Positions 10,065 through 19,984 are shown, numbered from the stretch's first letter. The stretch is 64,000 nucleotides of DNA from Ignavibacteriota bacterium (GCA_963787835.1 CAWBEI010000002.1:1504001-1568000); one strand, 5' to 3'. Made by a program: numbers and translations. Notes: a model not told the origin generated them from the sequence alone.

Positions 10065-10966
10065 TCAGGAGAGATGCTTGATTCGATCCCAGATGGCATC
10101 AAGTTCATCCAAAGTAAAATCGGAGAATGGGCGACCGGATGCTTCGACTTCGGCCTCGACTTTTCGGAAACGGTTGGAGAATTTTTGGGCTGCGAATCGG
10201 AGCGCGCCTTCGGCATCGATTCCTTCGTGGCGGGATAAGTTTACGAGGGAAAATAGGAGATCGCCGAATTCTTCTTCTTTCGGAGAGAGGCCATCGGGGG
10301 AAACCACCCCCACGGATCGTCGGCGATCCTTGCCCCCTCCTATTTCATAGGAGGGGAGATCTGAGAATTCAGTTCGGCTTCGAACTCTGCGATCTCTTCG
10401 CGTATCTTTTTCCATACACCTTCGGAGTCTGGCCAGTCGAAGCCAACTTTGGATGCTTTTTCCTGGAGCCGTGCTGATCTCTGGAGCGCCGGAAGGGAAG
10501 TTGGGACGCCATCTAAAATGCTATTTCTGCCCTTTTCACGGCGTTTTAGCTGTTCCCAGTTGCGGCTGACATGTTCTGAGCCCTCTACCTTGACATCCGA
10601 AAACACGTGCGGATGGCGGTAAATGAGCTTCTCGCACTCGGTGCGGATGACGTCATCGAGGGTAAAATAGCCCTCTTCTGCGGCCAGATCGGAATGGAAT
10701 AGGATATGCAGGAGCATATCACCGAGTTCTTTTTTTAGTTCAGTGTAGTCTCCTGTATCTATGCCGTGGTCGATGGCCTCTACGGTTTCGTAGGCTTCCT
10801 CGATAAGCATAGGGCGAAGAGAAGCGTGGGTTTGTTCGCGGTCCCATGGACATTCTTTTCGCAACCGGTGGACGATCTGGATGAATTCGGCGAGCGACCC
10901 AAGCGCCGGCAATAATGGCTCATCCGGTGATGGATCATTTGTCATAGTAGTCAGAGATTCAGTCAT
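10065..10966 (-). CDS. mazG: Nucleoside triphosphate pyrophosphohydrolase MazG, with a palindromic insertion and one frameshift
   Basis: LRKECPWDREQT...EEAYE...EELGD-like KELGDMLL...KLIYRHPHVF...KVGFDW in ORF 10340-10966; C-terminal EEEFGDLLFSLVN...KFSNRF in ORF 10065-10415. One extra base in the G4 run at 10353-10356 joins them. Confidence 0.92.
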
Positions 10967-11137
10967 GATAGGGCCTCGAACAGCGATGTCGTTGAACGAG
11001 TGTCAGGCGATCACGGGAAATAAAAGAACTGTTGAAAAACAAAGTGTATAATAGCTTGTCAAAGGGGTGTTACCCCGATGCCAGGGATCCTAAAGGGATA
11101 GTACAATTTCAATTGAAACGATAGGAAGCACAATAAA

Positions 11138-12142
11138 ATGGCAACCCCAGAAGCGACTCAGGTTCGTCCGGCACGGATGACCGATCCGAAAACGGCTGCA
11201 AAACCAGCCGTCACCCGCAAGACCCGTAAACCAAGCATGGCACCGGTGTTGATCGTTACGATCATCGGCGCAATGGTGATTCATCTTTTATTCTGTTTGG
11301 CTCTTCAGAACTTAGGTGACACCATCCAATGGAAGCCTTTCGCCTTGATGGCGGATGTTACATTCGGAGATGCTCAGTTCATCATCAATCCGGTACTGGC
11401 ATTCATTCCATTTGACATCCTGTTCGGTTTTGCCATTTCGGTCGTGATCGGGTTTATTATCCGTCTGCCATTTTTCCGGGATCGTGTGTATCATACCGTG
11501 CTTGACCTGAAGAAGCGGTTGCAGCTTCAGCTTTCCTCGACCGCCGATGAGGTGGAATCGATCCTCAAGAACGATCCGGAGAGCAATGCGCGCCTGCTTG
11601 CCCGCCGCGAGGACATTCATTTGGATAGCGTTCATGCCGAGATCAACGCGATCAATGCTGCGCAGGCGTATCTGACCGGCAAAGGTTCCTGGCTCAGCGG
11701 CATGGCGACCTACATGCGCTTCCATTTTACCGAAGAGTATTCGAACACGGTAACGGGTATGGCGTATGGCGGTGCGGCGTTTCTTATCTTCGTTGTGGGT
11801 ATTCGCGGATTAAAATTCATTCCGGCCACAAAGCCCTCGTTCATTCTTTTTGCACTCGGCATTGAATTTTCGATGCTTGTATTGCTTGCAACCACGATGG
11901 TCTTTACCGTCGAGGAAGAACGTACGGATCTTCTGTTGAAGCAGATGGTCGATGCCGTTCGCGGTGGTCGCAAGCACAAGACCGCAGAGATCGAAACCGT
12001 CGAGCCGGCCCTGCAACTTACCCGTGGTGATTACGAGCGTATGGTTCGTGAGCAGATGGATAAGAAGATCATGTCCGTCATGGCCGATAAAGATGATGAT
12101 GCGCTTCGCCGCATTGCACTCGATCTGGTGACCAAGGGATAA
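11138..12142 (+). CDS. Membrane protein with GldL/PorL-like transmembrane segment
   Basis: Four predicted TM helices; TGMAYGGAAFLIFVVGIRGLKF...LFALGIEFSML resembles GldL 'MAYGxGAxxVIxGALFK...GLxxE'. Confidence 0.55.
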   Translation: MATPEATQVRPARMTDPKTAAKPAVTRKTRKPSMAPVLIVTIIGAMVIHLLFCLALQNLGDTIQWKPFALMADVTFGDAQFIINPVLAFIPFDILFGFAISVVIGFIIRLPFFRDRVYHTVLDLKKRLQLQLSSTADEVESILKNDPESNARLLARREDIHLDSVHAEINAINAAQAYLTGKGSWLSGMATYMRFHFTEEYSNTVTGMAYGGAAFLIFVVGIRGLKFIPATKPSFILFALGIEFSMLVLLATTMVFTVEEERTDLLLKQMVDAVRGGRKHKTAEIETVEPALQLTRGDYERMVREQMDKKIMSVMADKDDDALRRIALDLVTKG

Positions 12143-12163
12143 ACCTTTACAAGTATTATTTTC

Positions 12164-12198
12164 AAAAGCCGGGAACCCAGTGGGTTTCCGGCTTTTTT
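12164..12198. terminator. Bidirectional intrinsic terminator
   Basis: AAAAGCCGGGAACCCA-g-TGGGTTTCCGGCTTTTTT between convergent genes. Confidence 0.85.
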
Positions 12199-12273
12199 AT
12201 TAAAGTCTATCGCAAAAAAAAGGTTTAGCTTGTTCAAGCTAAACCCTTTGTCCTTATTGATATTTCTTGAGGT

Positions 12274-13554
12274 TTACGTTCCCGCCGCGTAATCCAGATT
12301 ATACGCAAGCTGCTCTTCAGTGAGCGCATCGATCGAGGCGCCGATGGTTTCGAGCTTGAGAACGGCGATCTCCTGATCTTGCTCGACCGGGATGTCATAG
12401 ACAAGCCCGCGTTCCATGATCTCTTCGCCCTTATCGACTCGTGCGAGGCGAAGCTGACTCAGGAATTGATTTGCAAAGCTCATGTCCATTACCTCTGAAG
12501 GATGTCCCTCGGCGGCTGCGAGATTTATCAAGCGGCCTTGCGCAAGGAGATACACTCGGCGATTGCCGGAAAGAAGATACTCTTCGCAATTCGCACGGAT
12601 GGTGCGCTTCGTTGCCATGCGCTCTTCGAGTTCGGGAATGTTAATTTCGCAATCGTAGTGACCTGTGTTACAGATGATCGCGCCATCTTTCAGCATTTCG
12701 AAATGCCGCCCGACGATCACATCCTTCACGCCAGTCGCAGTGATGAAAATATCGCCGATCTTCGCGGCTTCATCCATCGGCATCACGCGCATGCCTTCGA
12801 GCGTGGCCTTCAGCGCGGCGGTCGGCTTTACTTCGGTGATGATAACATTCGCTCCCATCCCCTTTGCACGCATAGCAACGCCCTTGCCGCAATGTCCATA
12901 GCCAGCAATGACGACATTCTTGCCAGCAAGCAGAACAGACGTTGCGCGGATCACGCCATCGAGCGTCGATTGTCCTGTGCCATAAACGTTATCGAAATCC
13001 CATTTCGTCTCAGCATCGTTAACGGCGATGACGGGGTAGCGAAGCTTGCCATCGGCAGACATCGAACGTAATCGATGCACGCCCGTCGTCGTTTCTTCCG
13101 TTCCACCGATAATTTCATCGACGAGCTGCGGAAATTTGTTGTGAACAGTAAAAATGAGATCGGCGCCATCATCGAGAGTAAGATTGGGATGAAAATCCAG
13201 CGAGCGCTCGATGCACCAATAAAATTCTTCGACGTTCATTCCGTACCACGCATAAATTTCAACGCCTTCTTTGGCAAGCGCTGCGGCGACTTCATCGTTC
13301 GTCGAAAGTGGATTGCAACCGCTCCAGGTGACCTGCGCGCCGGCAGCACGGAGGGTCTCGATGAGCACGGCAGTCTCTTTCGTGACGTGCAAACAACCGG
13401 CAATACGGTAGCCGGAGAGCGGCTTCGTCTTCGAATACGTTTCGCGCAATTTCATAAGCACGGGCATGCGGCTTTCGGCCCATTCGATCTGCCGGCGACC
13501 TGCATCGGCAAGTTTCAGATCGCGAACTTTATATTTACCTTCTTTGAAATCCAT
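12274..13554 (-). CDS. ahcY: Adenosylhomocysteinase (SAH hydrolase)
   Basis: GCLHVT, SGCNPLST, DDGADL, EETTTGV, FDNVYGTGQS, GYGHCGKG, GRLINLAAAEGHPSEVMDMSFANQ. Confidence 0.99.
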   Translation of the reverse strand: MDFKEGKYKVRDLKLADAGRRQIEWAESRMPVLMKLRETYSKTKPLSGYRIAGCLHVTKETAVLIETLRAAGAQVTWSGCNPLSTNDEVAAALAKEGVEIYAWYGMNVEEFYWCIERSLDFHPNLTLDDGADLIFTVHNKFPQLVDEIIGGTEETTTGVHRLRSMSADGKLRYPVIAVNDAETKWDFDNVYGTGQSTLDGVIRATSVLLAGKNVVIAGYGHCGKGVAMRAKGMGANVIITEVKPTAALKATLEGMRVMPMDEAAKIGDIFITATGVKDVIVGRHFEMLKDGAIICNTGHYDCEINIPELEERMATKRTIRANCEEYLLSGNRRVYLLAQGRLINLAAAEGHPSEVMDMSFANQFLSQLRLARVDKGEEIMERGLVYDIPVEQDQEIAVLKLETIGASIDALTEEQLAYNLDYAAGT

Positions 13555-13640
13555 GTTGATGACCTTAATATGTTAAATTTGGCAATTCCGGCCCGTGAAC
13601 AGCACGGGAGTAGAGTGAGTTCTTTTTGGCGTCCTAATTT

Positions 13641-13674
13641 CCCTTACAGCTTGTAGGAGGGGTTAGGAAAAGGG
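13641..13674. repeat. Degenerate CCCCTCC/GGAGGGG-family palindrome
   Basis: CCCTTACAGCTTGTAGGAGGGGTTAGGAAAAGGG resembles the elements at 17449-17536 and 18388-18491. Confidence 0.5.
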
Positions 13675-13707
13675 AAACAAAAACACGAGCCTGGCGTTTC
13701 CTTATTT

Positions 13708-13956
13708 ATGGATAGATCCTTCGAACAAATCCGCACGGAAGTCCTTGAATTAGACCCCGAAAGCCGGCGCCGGCTCGCCGACGAAATCGAACATACGCTC
13801 GTTGAGACGGAGACCGAGTTCGACGAGGAGTGGAAACTGGAAATCAAACGTCGCCTGGACAAACATCGCCGAGGCGAAGGAACCTATGTGACAGCGGAAG
13901 AATCTCTCGCAAAAGGCCGCGCAATGATAGAAGAAGCAAAGCGCAAGCAGAAATGA
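13708..13956 (+). CDS. Addiction-module antitoxin (TIGR02574-like)
   Basis: EVLELDPESRRRLADEI...DEEWKLEIKRRLD...GEGTYVTAEE pattern; ATGA overlap with the toxin. Confidence 0.85.
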   Translation: MDRSFEQIRTEVLELDPESRRRLADEIEHTLVETETEFDEEWKLEIKRRLDKHRRGEGTYVTAEESLAKGRAMIEEAKRKQK

Positions 13957-14246
13957 TGCTGCACCTTAGCTCGGAAGCAGAGGTTGACTACCTTGAGTCT
14001 GTGCTCTTTTATTTGACGGAAGAATCGCCCCAATCGGCGGATCGCTTCACCAATGAGTTAGAGAAATCTTACGATGATATCTGCGATGCTCCGTATCGTA
14101 ATCGAGAGGTGGAAGTGGGATTGAGAGAAAAGCGAGTAAAGGGATTTCCATTTACCGTGCTTTATACTATCGAATCCGAAGACATTTATGTCCATGCGAT
14201 CTATCATGATGATCGAAAGAGATCGAAGTTGAGCGACCGAATGTAA
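13953..14246 (+). CDS. RelE/ParE-family toxin
   Basis: SSEAEVDYLESVLFY...ADRFTNEL...KGFPFTVLY...IYVHAIYHDDR; translationally coupled to the antitoxin. Confidence 0.87.
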   Translation: MMLHLSSEAEVDYLESVLFYLTEESPQSADRFTNELEKSYDDICDAPYRNREVEVGLREKRVKGFPFTVLYTIESEDIYVHAIYHDDRKRSKLSDRM

Positions 14247-14248
14247 AC

Positions 14249-16447
14249 TCACCGCGCAAGCACCATTGGCAGGGACTTCGTCTCGCCGTTGATTCGCACA
14301 AGACATTCATACATTCCATTGCAAATATTGGGATCGCTCCAGGTGAAGCTATGCTCTCCTGCGGCAAGCTCGCCGGAATAGAGATGAGCAACGTCCGCGC
14401 CGAGTGAGTTTACGATGGAAACTTCGGCATAGCCGCTCGAATCCGAAGTGAAGGTGATGGTGGTGGATTGAGAAAACGGGTTTGGAAAAGTTTTTAGACT
14501 GCAAGATGAAAAAGGAGACTCTGTAACGTCGTTAGACTGAAATTCCGAGCTTGCCAAGCCAATCTCTGTTGTAGCATAAAGATGATCGCTAGTTTCAAAA
14601 ATATTAGATATCCAACATGGCTCAATACCATTATTTGTTATGCATAAGCATGAATCTAGTGTCCAGCTAATGCCTTCGTCTGCCGAAACATATAGAATAG
14701 GATTGAGCCAATAGGGATTAGGAGATTGTTGCGCTACCACAAAGATACGATCGTACCTGTCGATCATCACCTCATTAATGTCGCTCAACGAATCGAATGA
14801 CCATCGATACTGCCAGGAGTTCCCGCGGTCGGATGAGAAAAACAAGGAATGGTTGACACCGCTAAAAGCGTAAAGATTGTCTTTAGAGTCAATTGCAAGA
14901 TATTGAACATTTGTGTCCGTCAAGCCACTGTTAGACTGGGACCAACTTTGTCCATTATCAAACGATTGAAACACGCCATTTCCACCGGCGGCGAATACAC
15001 TACAATTAGCGGATGAAACAATGGAGCTAAATAAGTAATATGGCGTTCCCGATCTAGGTTGGTGCCAACTGTTCCCAAAATCCGTAGAAACAAAAAAGCT
15101 CCATTCGGTGTCGAATGCATCGCAGTAGAGCCTGCCGCAAGAATCTAATGTTAGGTAATAGTAATCGTAATATCCACTTGTGTCTTTCGGCGGTAAGCCA
15201 TTATTTGCAGCGGTCCATGTCAATCCATTATCTGTGGACTTTAGAAGTCCTTGAACATCGCTAATAAAAAGTAATGTGTCATCCTTAAAAACATACTCAA
15301 ACTCTGAAACCCCGATAGAATCCAATGCTTGATCAAACCCCCAAGCGTCCCCTTCGTCACTGGAATTAAACCATCCGTTGGATGTCCATACAAATATTCC
15401 ATTTGTAGTTGAGGCGAATGCATTAATTCCTAACCCTCCGATACCGTGACTAATTTTGCTCCAATGCTCACCCTGATCGCTTGAACTGTAGAAAGCTCTA
15501 TCCGTGCCAGCAAATACCCGGCTATCTGAAACAGCAGTGCCCAAAGAAATTGCGGGTGCATCAAGCGGGTTGTCTATTTGGTTCCAGCTTAGCGCTTGAT
15601 CGAGAGATCGGAACAGACCCAATGCTGTTAAAGCATAAAGTGTACCTTGGCGGTCGCATGTCAATTGAATGACTGCAGTATCCGGTAATCCACCGCTAAG
15701 TTCTGTCCAATTAGAATCGTCAAGTGTCCAGATCCCATGCGAGCTGCCGACCAAAAGAGGCCCACCTGGTAACTTCAAAAGGCAATTCGCATGTAGAGAG
15801 CCATTTATTTTCGTAACTGATGAATCTGTCGCAATAAAAATTGAAGTATCGCTTGACCCAAGATATAGGGTATCCCGCGATCCCGCTGAAAAAACACTAA
15901 TTTGGGGCAGCCCATAGTTAAAAGTCTCTCTTTCGCCACCGTCATAAATATTTCTAAACATCCATGACACTCCCTCATCTGTCGACACAGAAATACCTAC
16001 AGTAAGATAAAAATAGCCATGAGATGTATCTGCTCCTAAATTAGTTGGGATAATTATTCGTTGCATGCTGTCGAGTGCAAGACCAGGTAGCTGACCTATT
16101 GAAAAGTTTTGCCAGCTAATGCCATTATCGATTGAGCGCTCAAAACCTCCGAGCTCGTATTGGGCAAAAAGATGCCCTAGATTATTTACAAGAACCGCAT
16201 TGCTCTCTCTCCACTCATCGCTTCGAGAAATTTCCCAGGTTGTCCCATTATCGCTCGATTTATAGATCCGGCCATTGTCCATGGTGACAAAAATATCTCC
16301 GTTCTGAGCCGCAGTAGAGGCAGCCACTACACCAACAGGAGCGCCACTTGCTGGTTCCCAGATCTCCTGCGCGTACACTTCCACCACGCTCAACAGCGCG
16401 AGCGAGGTGAAGAGCATGAAAGCCAGAACCCATTTCGGGAACATCAT
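14249..16447 (-). CDS. BNR/Asp-box repeat beta-propeller protein with T9SS CTD
   Basis: Signal peptide, more than 10 S(S/T)DxGxxW repeats, C-terminal FPNPFSQST...GYAEVSIVN...YECLVR paralogous to 8344-9633. Confidence 0.9.
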   Translation of the reverse strand: MMFPKWVLAFMLFTSLALLSVVEVYAQEIWEPASGAPVGVVAASTAAQNGDIFVTMDNGRIYKSSDNGTTWEISRSDEWRESNAVLVNNLGHLFAQYELGGFERSIDNGISWQNFSIGQLPGLALDSMQRIIIPTNLGADTSHGYFYLTVGISVSTDEGVSWMFRNIYDGGERETFNYGLPQISVFSAGSRDTLYLGSSDTSIFIATDSSVTKINGSLHANCLLKLPGGPLLVGSSHGIWTLDDSNWTELSGGLPDTAVIQLTCDRQGTLYALTALGLFRSLDQALSWNQIDNPLDAPAISLGTAVSDSRVFAGTDRAFYSSSDQGEHWSKISHGIGGLGINAFASTTNGIFVWTSNGWFNSSDEGDAWGFDQALDSIGVSEFEYVFKDDTLLFISDVQGLLKSTDNGLTWTAANNGLPPKDTSGYYDYYYLTLDSCGRLYCDAFDTEWSFFVSTDFGNSWHQPRSGTPYYLFSSIVSSANCSVFAAGGNGVFQSFDNGQSWSQSNSGLTDTNVQYLAIDSKDNLYAFSGVNHSLFFSSDRGNSWQYRWSFDSLSDINEVMIDRYDRIFVVAQQSPNPYWLNPILYVSADEGISWTLDSCLCITNNGIEPCWISNIFETSDHLYATTEIGLASSEFQSNDVTESPFSSCSLKTFPNPFSQSTTITFTSDSSGYAEVSIVNSLGADVAHLYSGELAAGEHSFTWSDPNICNGMYECLVRINGETKSLPMVLAR

Positions 16448-16520
16448 GGTATTCTAAAAACGGCTTGATGTGATAATAGTGCCCGCGCCGGGAAGGTCAA
16501 ATCGGAGTGCATACCGCACG

Positions 16521-17336
16521 CTACTTTTTCGGTGGTAAATAGTTTTTTCCTGTAACGACACTTTGCCCGGTGCGGCCTTCGAGTTCTAAGCGTGCTTTTT
16601 TGGCAATGCCTCCTCCTTTTTTGCCGGCTTCTTTGTTTGGTTCCAGTCCTCGTGCCTGCATGGATTCGGCGATCTGGCGTGTGCTGAGTTCGGCAAGGGC
16701 GGTGAATATAAGTTCCGCCTCGCTCATGTGGTCACGGAGATTTTCCGATTTCAATCCTTTCACCACCTTATGTTCGCCCGGCGTAATTCCGGACCACTCC
16801 TTATGGATGATCGCCGTGAGCAGTCCGTATTCCTTGTCCCTCACCTCGTGGTCTTTCCAATAATCGGTCAGTTTATTGCGCGTTTCCTGACCCATCATGC
16901 GTTGCTGGATCCATTTTTCTGAGCGTCCGAGCTTTTGCCAGTTTTCACGCGCGCGATCGACGGAACGTGCCGGATCGGCGATCTCCTGCAATCGCTCGTA
17001 GCCAACTTTTGCCAGCCATAGCTTTATCGGCTCCGCCTTCGGACTTGGCACCGATTGAATGAGCCGCAGGAGGGTTTCGGGGTTGGCGGCGTCGGTTTCG
17101 CGCATTTTGCCATCCGGCGCGCGCATTTTCAACTGGTGACATTTTGTCACCACTTCACTTCCTTCCTTCGCGAGCCGTTCTTTCAGTTTGTTCCAGTACT
17201 TTCGCGCAGTCTGGAAATCAGCCTGCTGGGTGAGGATCTGAATAATATCGACAACGGAAAAATACCAGGTATCGGTTGCCTCGTCATACACGCGGCGGAC
17301 GCGATGCTCTTCGAATGGAATAATGGATTCGTTCAT
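16521..17336 (-). CDS. BRO-N domain protein (prophage antirepressor-like)
   Basis: VRRVYDE...WYFSVVDII...RKYWNKLKERL...CHQLKMRAPDGKMRETD...LLRLIQSVPSPKAEPIKLWLAKVG...ENLRDHM. Confidence 0.85.
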   Translation of the reverse strand: MNESIIPFEEHRVRRVYDEATDTWYFSVVDIIQILTQQADFQTARKYWNKLKERLAKEGSEVVTKCHQLKMRAPDGKMRETDAANPETLLRLIQSVPSPKAEPIKLWLAKVGYERLQEIADPARSVDRARENWQKLGRSEKWIQQRMMGQETRNKLTDYWKDHEVRDKEYGLLTAIIHKEWSGITPGEHKVVKGLKSENLRDHMSEAELIFTALAELSTRQIAESMQARGLEPNKEAGKKGGGIAKKARLELEGRTGQSVVTGKNYLPPKK

Positions 17337-17448
17337 GGTGCCTATCAAATTAGTATCTAATATACGATATTGGGTAGGCACCATTCACGTATTCACGAAA
17401 ATAAAGGATTCGCTCTAGTAAAAGTTAGTAGCAGACGGAGAATACCCG

Positions 17449-17536
17449 ACACCCTCCCCCGGCCCCTCCCGCACGCTGGAGGGGAGTTAATATTTGGTTT
17501 CCCCTCCCGCATGCGGGAGGGGTTAGGGGAGGGTGT
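17449..17536. repeat. CCCCTCCC/GGGAGGGG inverted palindrome doublet
   Basis: ACCCTCCCCCGGCCCCTCCCGCACGCTGGAGGGGAG ... CCCCTCCCGCATGCGGGAGGGGTTAGGGGAGGGT. Confidence 0.88.
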
Positions 17537-17557
17537 TCCATTTCAACACATTTGGAA

Positions 17558-17989
17558 TCACCACATCTTTTCCAGCGGCATACCTGTTTCGAGCAGGCTC
17601 TTGAGGCTTGAAGCAACAAAGGTCCAGCCGGGATTGACATTGGCTTCCGCTTTCTCCGAAAGCTCTTCGTGAAGGATGGTGAGCATCATCGAATTGCCAG
17701 CGGGAGCGCACGTGAATATCACTTTCGAAACGGGTTCCCCGGGAAATCGCGGATCGACCGAAAGATCGAACGAATAGGAGAGCGTCGTGATGGGATCGAA
17801 CGCGAGAACCGTTCCTTTCCACTTTACTTCGCCCTTGTCGCTTATGAGCGAAACAGGCGAGCCGATCTTCCAATCGGAACGAAGTTCAAAGCCGCTCCAG
17901 TATTGGCGATTGAATTCGGCGTTCGTTAGCGCGTCCCAAAGTTTTTCTGCGGTGGTTTTGATGTAGATCTTGTACGTGAATGTTTTCAT
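17558..17989 (-). CDS. SRPBCC/AHSA1 (START-like) domain protein
   Basis: YKIYIKTTAEKLWDALT...SDWKIGS...GW...SSLKSLLETG. Confidence 0.9.
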   Translation of the reverse strand: MKTFTYKIYIKTTAEKLWDALTNAEFNRQYWSGFELRSDWKIGSPVSLISDKGEVKWKGTVLAFDPITTLSYSFDLSVDPRFPGEPVSKVIFTCAPAGNSMMLTILHEELSEKAEANVNPGWTFVASSLKSLLETGMPLEKMW

Positions 17990-17994
17990 TGTAA

Positions 17995-18318
17995 CTATTT
18001 TTTAGAGTGTGAGGAGTGTTCAAGTGCTTGTTTTAGATTGGAAATCGCGGCGACTCGCGCGTGCTCATACTTCGACACCCAGCGCTCGTGGATCTCCTGG
18101 ATCGGCACGGGATTGAGGTAATGCAGTTTTTCACGACCCTTCCATTGGATGACGATAAGATTCGCCTCTTCCAAAATGACAAGGTGCTTCGTGACGGCCT
18201 GCCGCGTCATGGATAAATATTCGCACAGCTCGCCGAGCGTCTGCCCGTCTTTGGTGAAAAGCCTGTCGAGCAATTCACGGCGGGTTGTATCGGCGAGCGC
18301 TTTGAATATTTTGTCCAT
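17995..18318 (-). CDS. ArsR/SmtB-family transcriptional regulator
   Basis: IFKALADTTRRELLDRL...GQTLGELC...MTRQAVTKHLVILEEANL...GREKLHYLNPVPI. Confidence 0.93.
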   Translation of the reverse strand: MDKIFKALADTTRRELLDRLFTKDGQTLGELCEYLSMTRQAVTKHLVILEEANLIVIQWKGREKLHYLNPVPIQEIHERWVSKYEHARVAAISNLKQALEHSSHSKK

Positions 18319-18387
18319 TTGAACCTGCTAACCAGACATGCAACTAAAAGGTTGCATATTATTCAAGAAAATTATTCTTAGAATTTT

Positions 18388-18491
18388 CTCCCCTCCCGCT
18401 TGCGGGAGGGGCTGGGGGAGGGTGTGTCAGGACGATGCCCAATATGTTCAGCGATTCCCTCCCCTAACCCCTCCCGCAAGCGGGAGGGGAA
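18388..18491. repeat. CCCCTCCC/GGGAGGGG inverted palindrome doublet
   Basis: CTCCCCTCCCGCTTGCGGGAGGGGCTGGGGGAGGG ... CCCTCCCCTAACCCCTCCCGCAAGCGGGAGGGGA. Confidence 0.9.
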
Positions 18492-18511
18492 TATGACTTA
18501 AGAAATTATTT

Positions 18512-19984
18512 TTAGGCTCGCTTCGGTTCGTCCACCATGATTTCCTGGTTGGTATCGGCGGCGAGTTGTTCTTCTTGAGATGTAGGTCCGGGATGTTCGA
18601 TGAGCCGCTTCTTTTTCCAGTCGCCTTTCATATAGATGAGAACCACGATAATTCCCATCAGTGTATTCGCGATCGGGATCGACCACCAAATGCCATCGAT
18701 GCCCATGGAAGTATGTTTGGAGAGGATATATGCGAGCGGGAACTGTAATACCCATTGTGAGATGAGCGTGAGCATCATGGTCATCACCATATTGCCGGAA
18801 GCGCGGAAGACGGCGGTGAGGCAGAATTGCACCCCGATAAATCCCCACGAGAATGCAATGATGCGGAGAAAGATCGCTCCCGCCTCGATGACATGGGCGT
18901 CACCTGGAACGAAGAATTGCACGATCGGTGCTGCGGCGAAATAAACGATAATGCCAAATGCTTCCAGTGCAACAAATCCTACGATCGAGCCGAGCCGCGC
19001 GATCTTTTCTGCGCGTTCCATATTGCGCGCACCGATGTTTTGTCCGACAAGCGTAGCAATTGCCATCGAAAGCCCCATCGCAGGGATCATCACGACCTGC
19101 AACACATTCGATCCAACTCCATACGCTGCCATGCTGACCGTTCCGAAACTGGTGATGAGGAACGTCATCGCGATCAGCCCCAGCGCACGTGCAGATCCTT
19201 CAATTGAAGCTGGGAAACCCAAACGGAACGCGCGTTTGATGTAAATCCAGTCCGGTGTGAGATCGCGCCAGTGCAATCGCACACTGTATTTCCCGCCAAC
19301 CAAAATGAAAATACCGATGATAGCCGCAATACTTTGCGTTCCCACGGTTGCAATGGCCGCACCGGCTACACCGCTCGCGGGGATGGGTCCCCAACCAAAG
19401 ATGAACAGCGGGTCAAGCACGAAGTTCAGAATGACTGTTCCAAGCACAATATAAACGGGAATCTTTACCTCGCCGACGCCGCGCAGAACCGACTGGAACA
19501 TAAAAAAAACAAAGTTGAAGATCAGCCCGATGAACGAAACGCGCATGAACGACAGCGCGCCACCATAGACATCCGGTGCAACGCCGAGCGCATTCAGAAA
19601 GACTGGCGAAAGCATATAGCCGACAATGCCGAGAAACACGGAGATCAGCGCGATCATCAGGATCGTTTGCGAGGCGACGTGATCGACATTTGCATGATCT
19701 TTCGCCCCGAAGTATTGCGCAATAAGCGTGGAACCCGCGATCGCAAACCCCAGCCCAAGCGAGATACAGAGGAACATCACCGGGAACGATACGGAAACTG
19801 CCGCGACGGCATTGCCGCCTAATCGCCCGACCCAAAAGGCATCGATGAGCTGGTACGCGGCCTGTAGCACATTGGCAACGATCAGCGGAACGGCAAGCGT
19901 CACCAGCGAGGGAAGGATCGGACCTTCGGTCAGCTTAGCGTGGCGGGCATGATGGTTAGACGAGCGAGAGTTTGGTGACGGCAT
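18512..19984 (-). CDS. MATE-family efflux transporter
   Basis: LTEGPI...LAVP...DAFWVGRLG...QYFGAK...LRGVG...LNFVLDPLFIFG...GVAGAAIAT...VGQNIGA; about 12 TM helices. Confidence 0.95.
   Translation of the reverse strand: MPSPNSRSSNHHARHAKLTEGPILPSLVTLAVPLIVANVLQAAYQLIDAFWVGRLGGNAVAAVSVSFPVMFLCISLGLGFAIAGSTLIAQYFGAKDHANVDHVASQTILMIALISVFLGIVGYMLSPVFLNALGVAPDVYGGALSFMRVSFIGLIFNFVFFMFQSVLRGVGEVKIPVYIVLGTVILNFVLDPLFIFGWGPIPASGVAGAAIATVGTQSIAAIIGIFILVGGKYSVRLHWRDLTPDWIYIKRAFRLGFPASIEGSARALGLIAMTFLITSFGTVSMAAYGVGSNVLQVVMIPAMGLSMAIATLVGQNIGARNMERAEKIARLGSIVGFVALEAFGIIVYFAAAPIVQFFVPGDAHVIEAGAIFLRIIAFSWGFIGVQFCLTAVFRASGNMVMTMMLTLISQWVLQFPLAYILSKHTSMGIDGIWWSIPIANTLMGIIVVLIYMKGDWKKKRLIEHPGPTSQEEQLAADTNQEIMVDEPKRA

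Noticed and set aside
13555-13650. SAH riboswitch upstream of ahcY
   Set aside because: Only a small CCCGTG/CACGGG hairpin; the GAGGAGCG...CAGGCUC...CGCUC consensus is absent.
8344-16447. Diversity-generating retroelement acting on the paralogous CTDs
   Set aside because: No reverse transcriptase in the window, and the differences between the two CTDs are not adenine-specific.
16521-17336. Prophage suggested by the BRO-N antirepressor-like gene
   Set aside because: No integrase, structural or replication phage genes nearby; solitary BRO-N genes are common.
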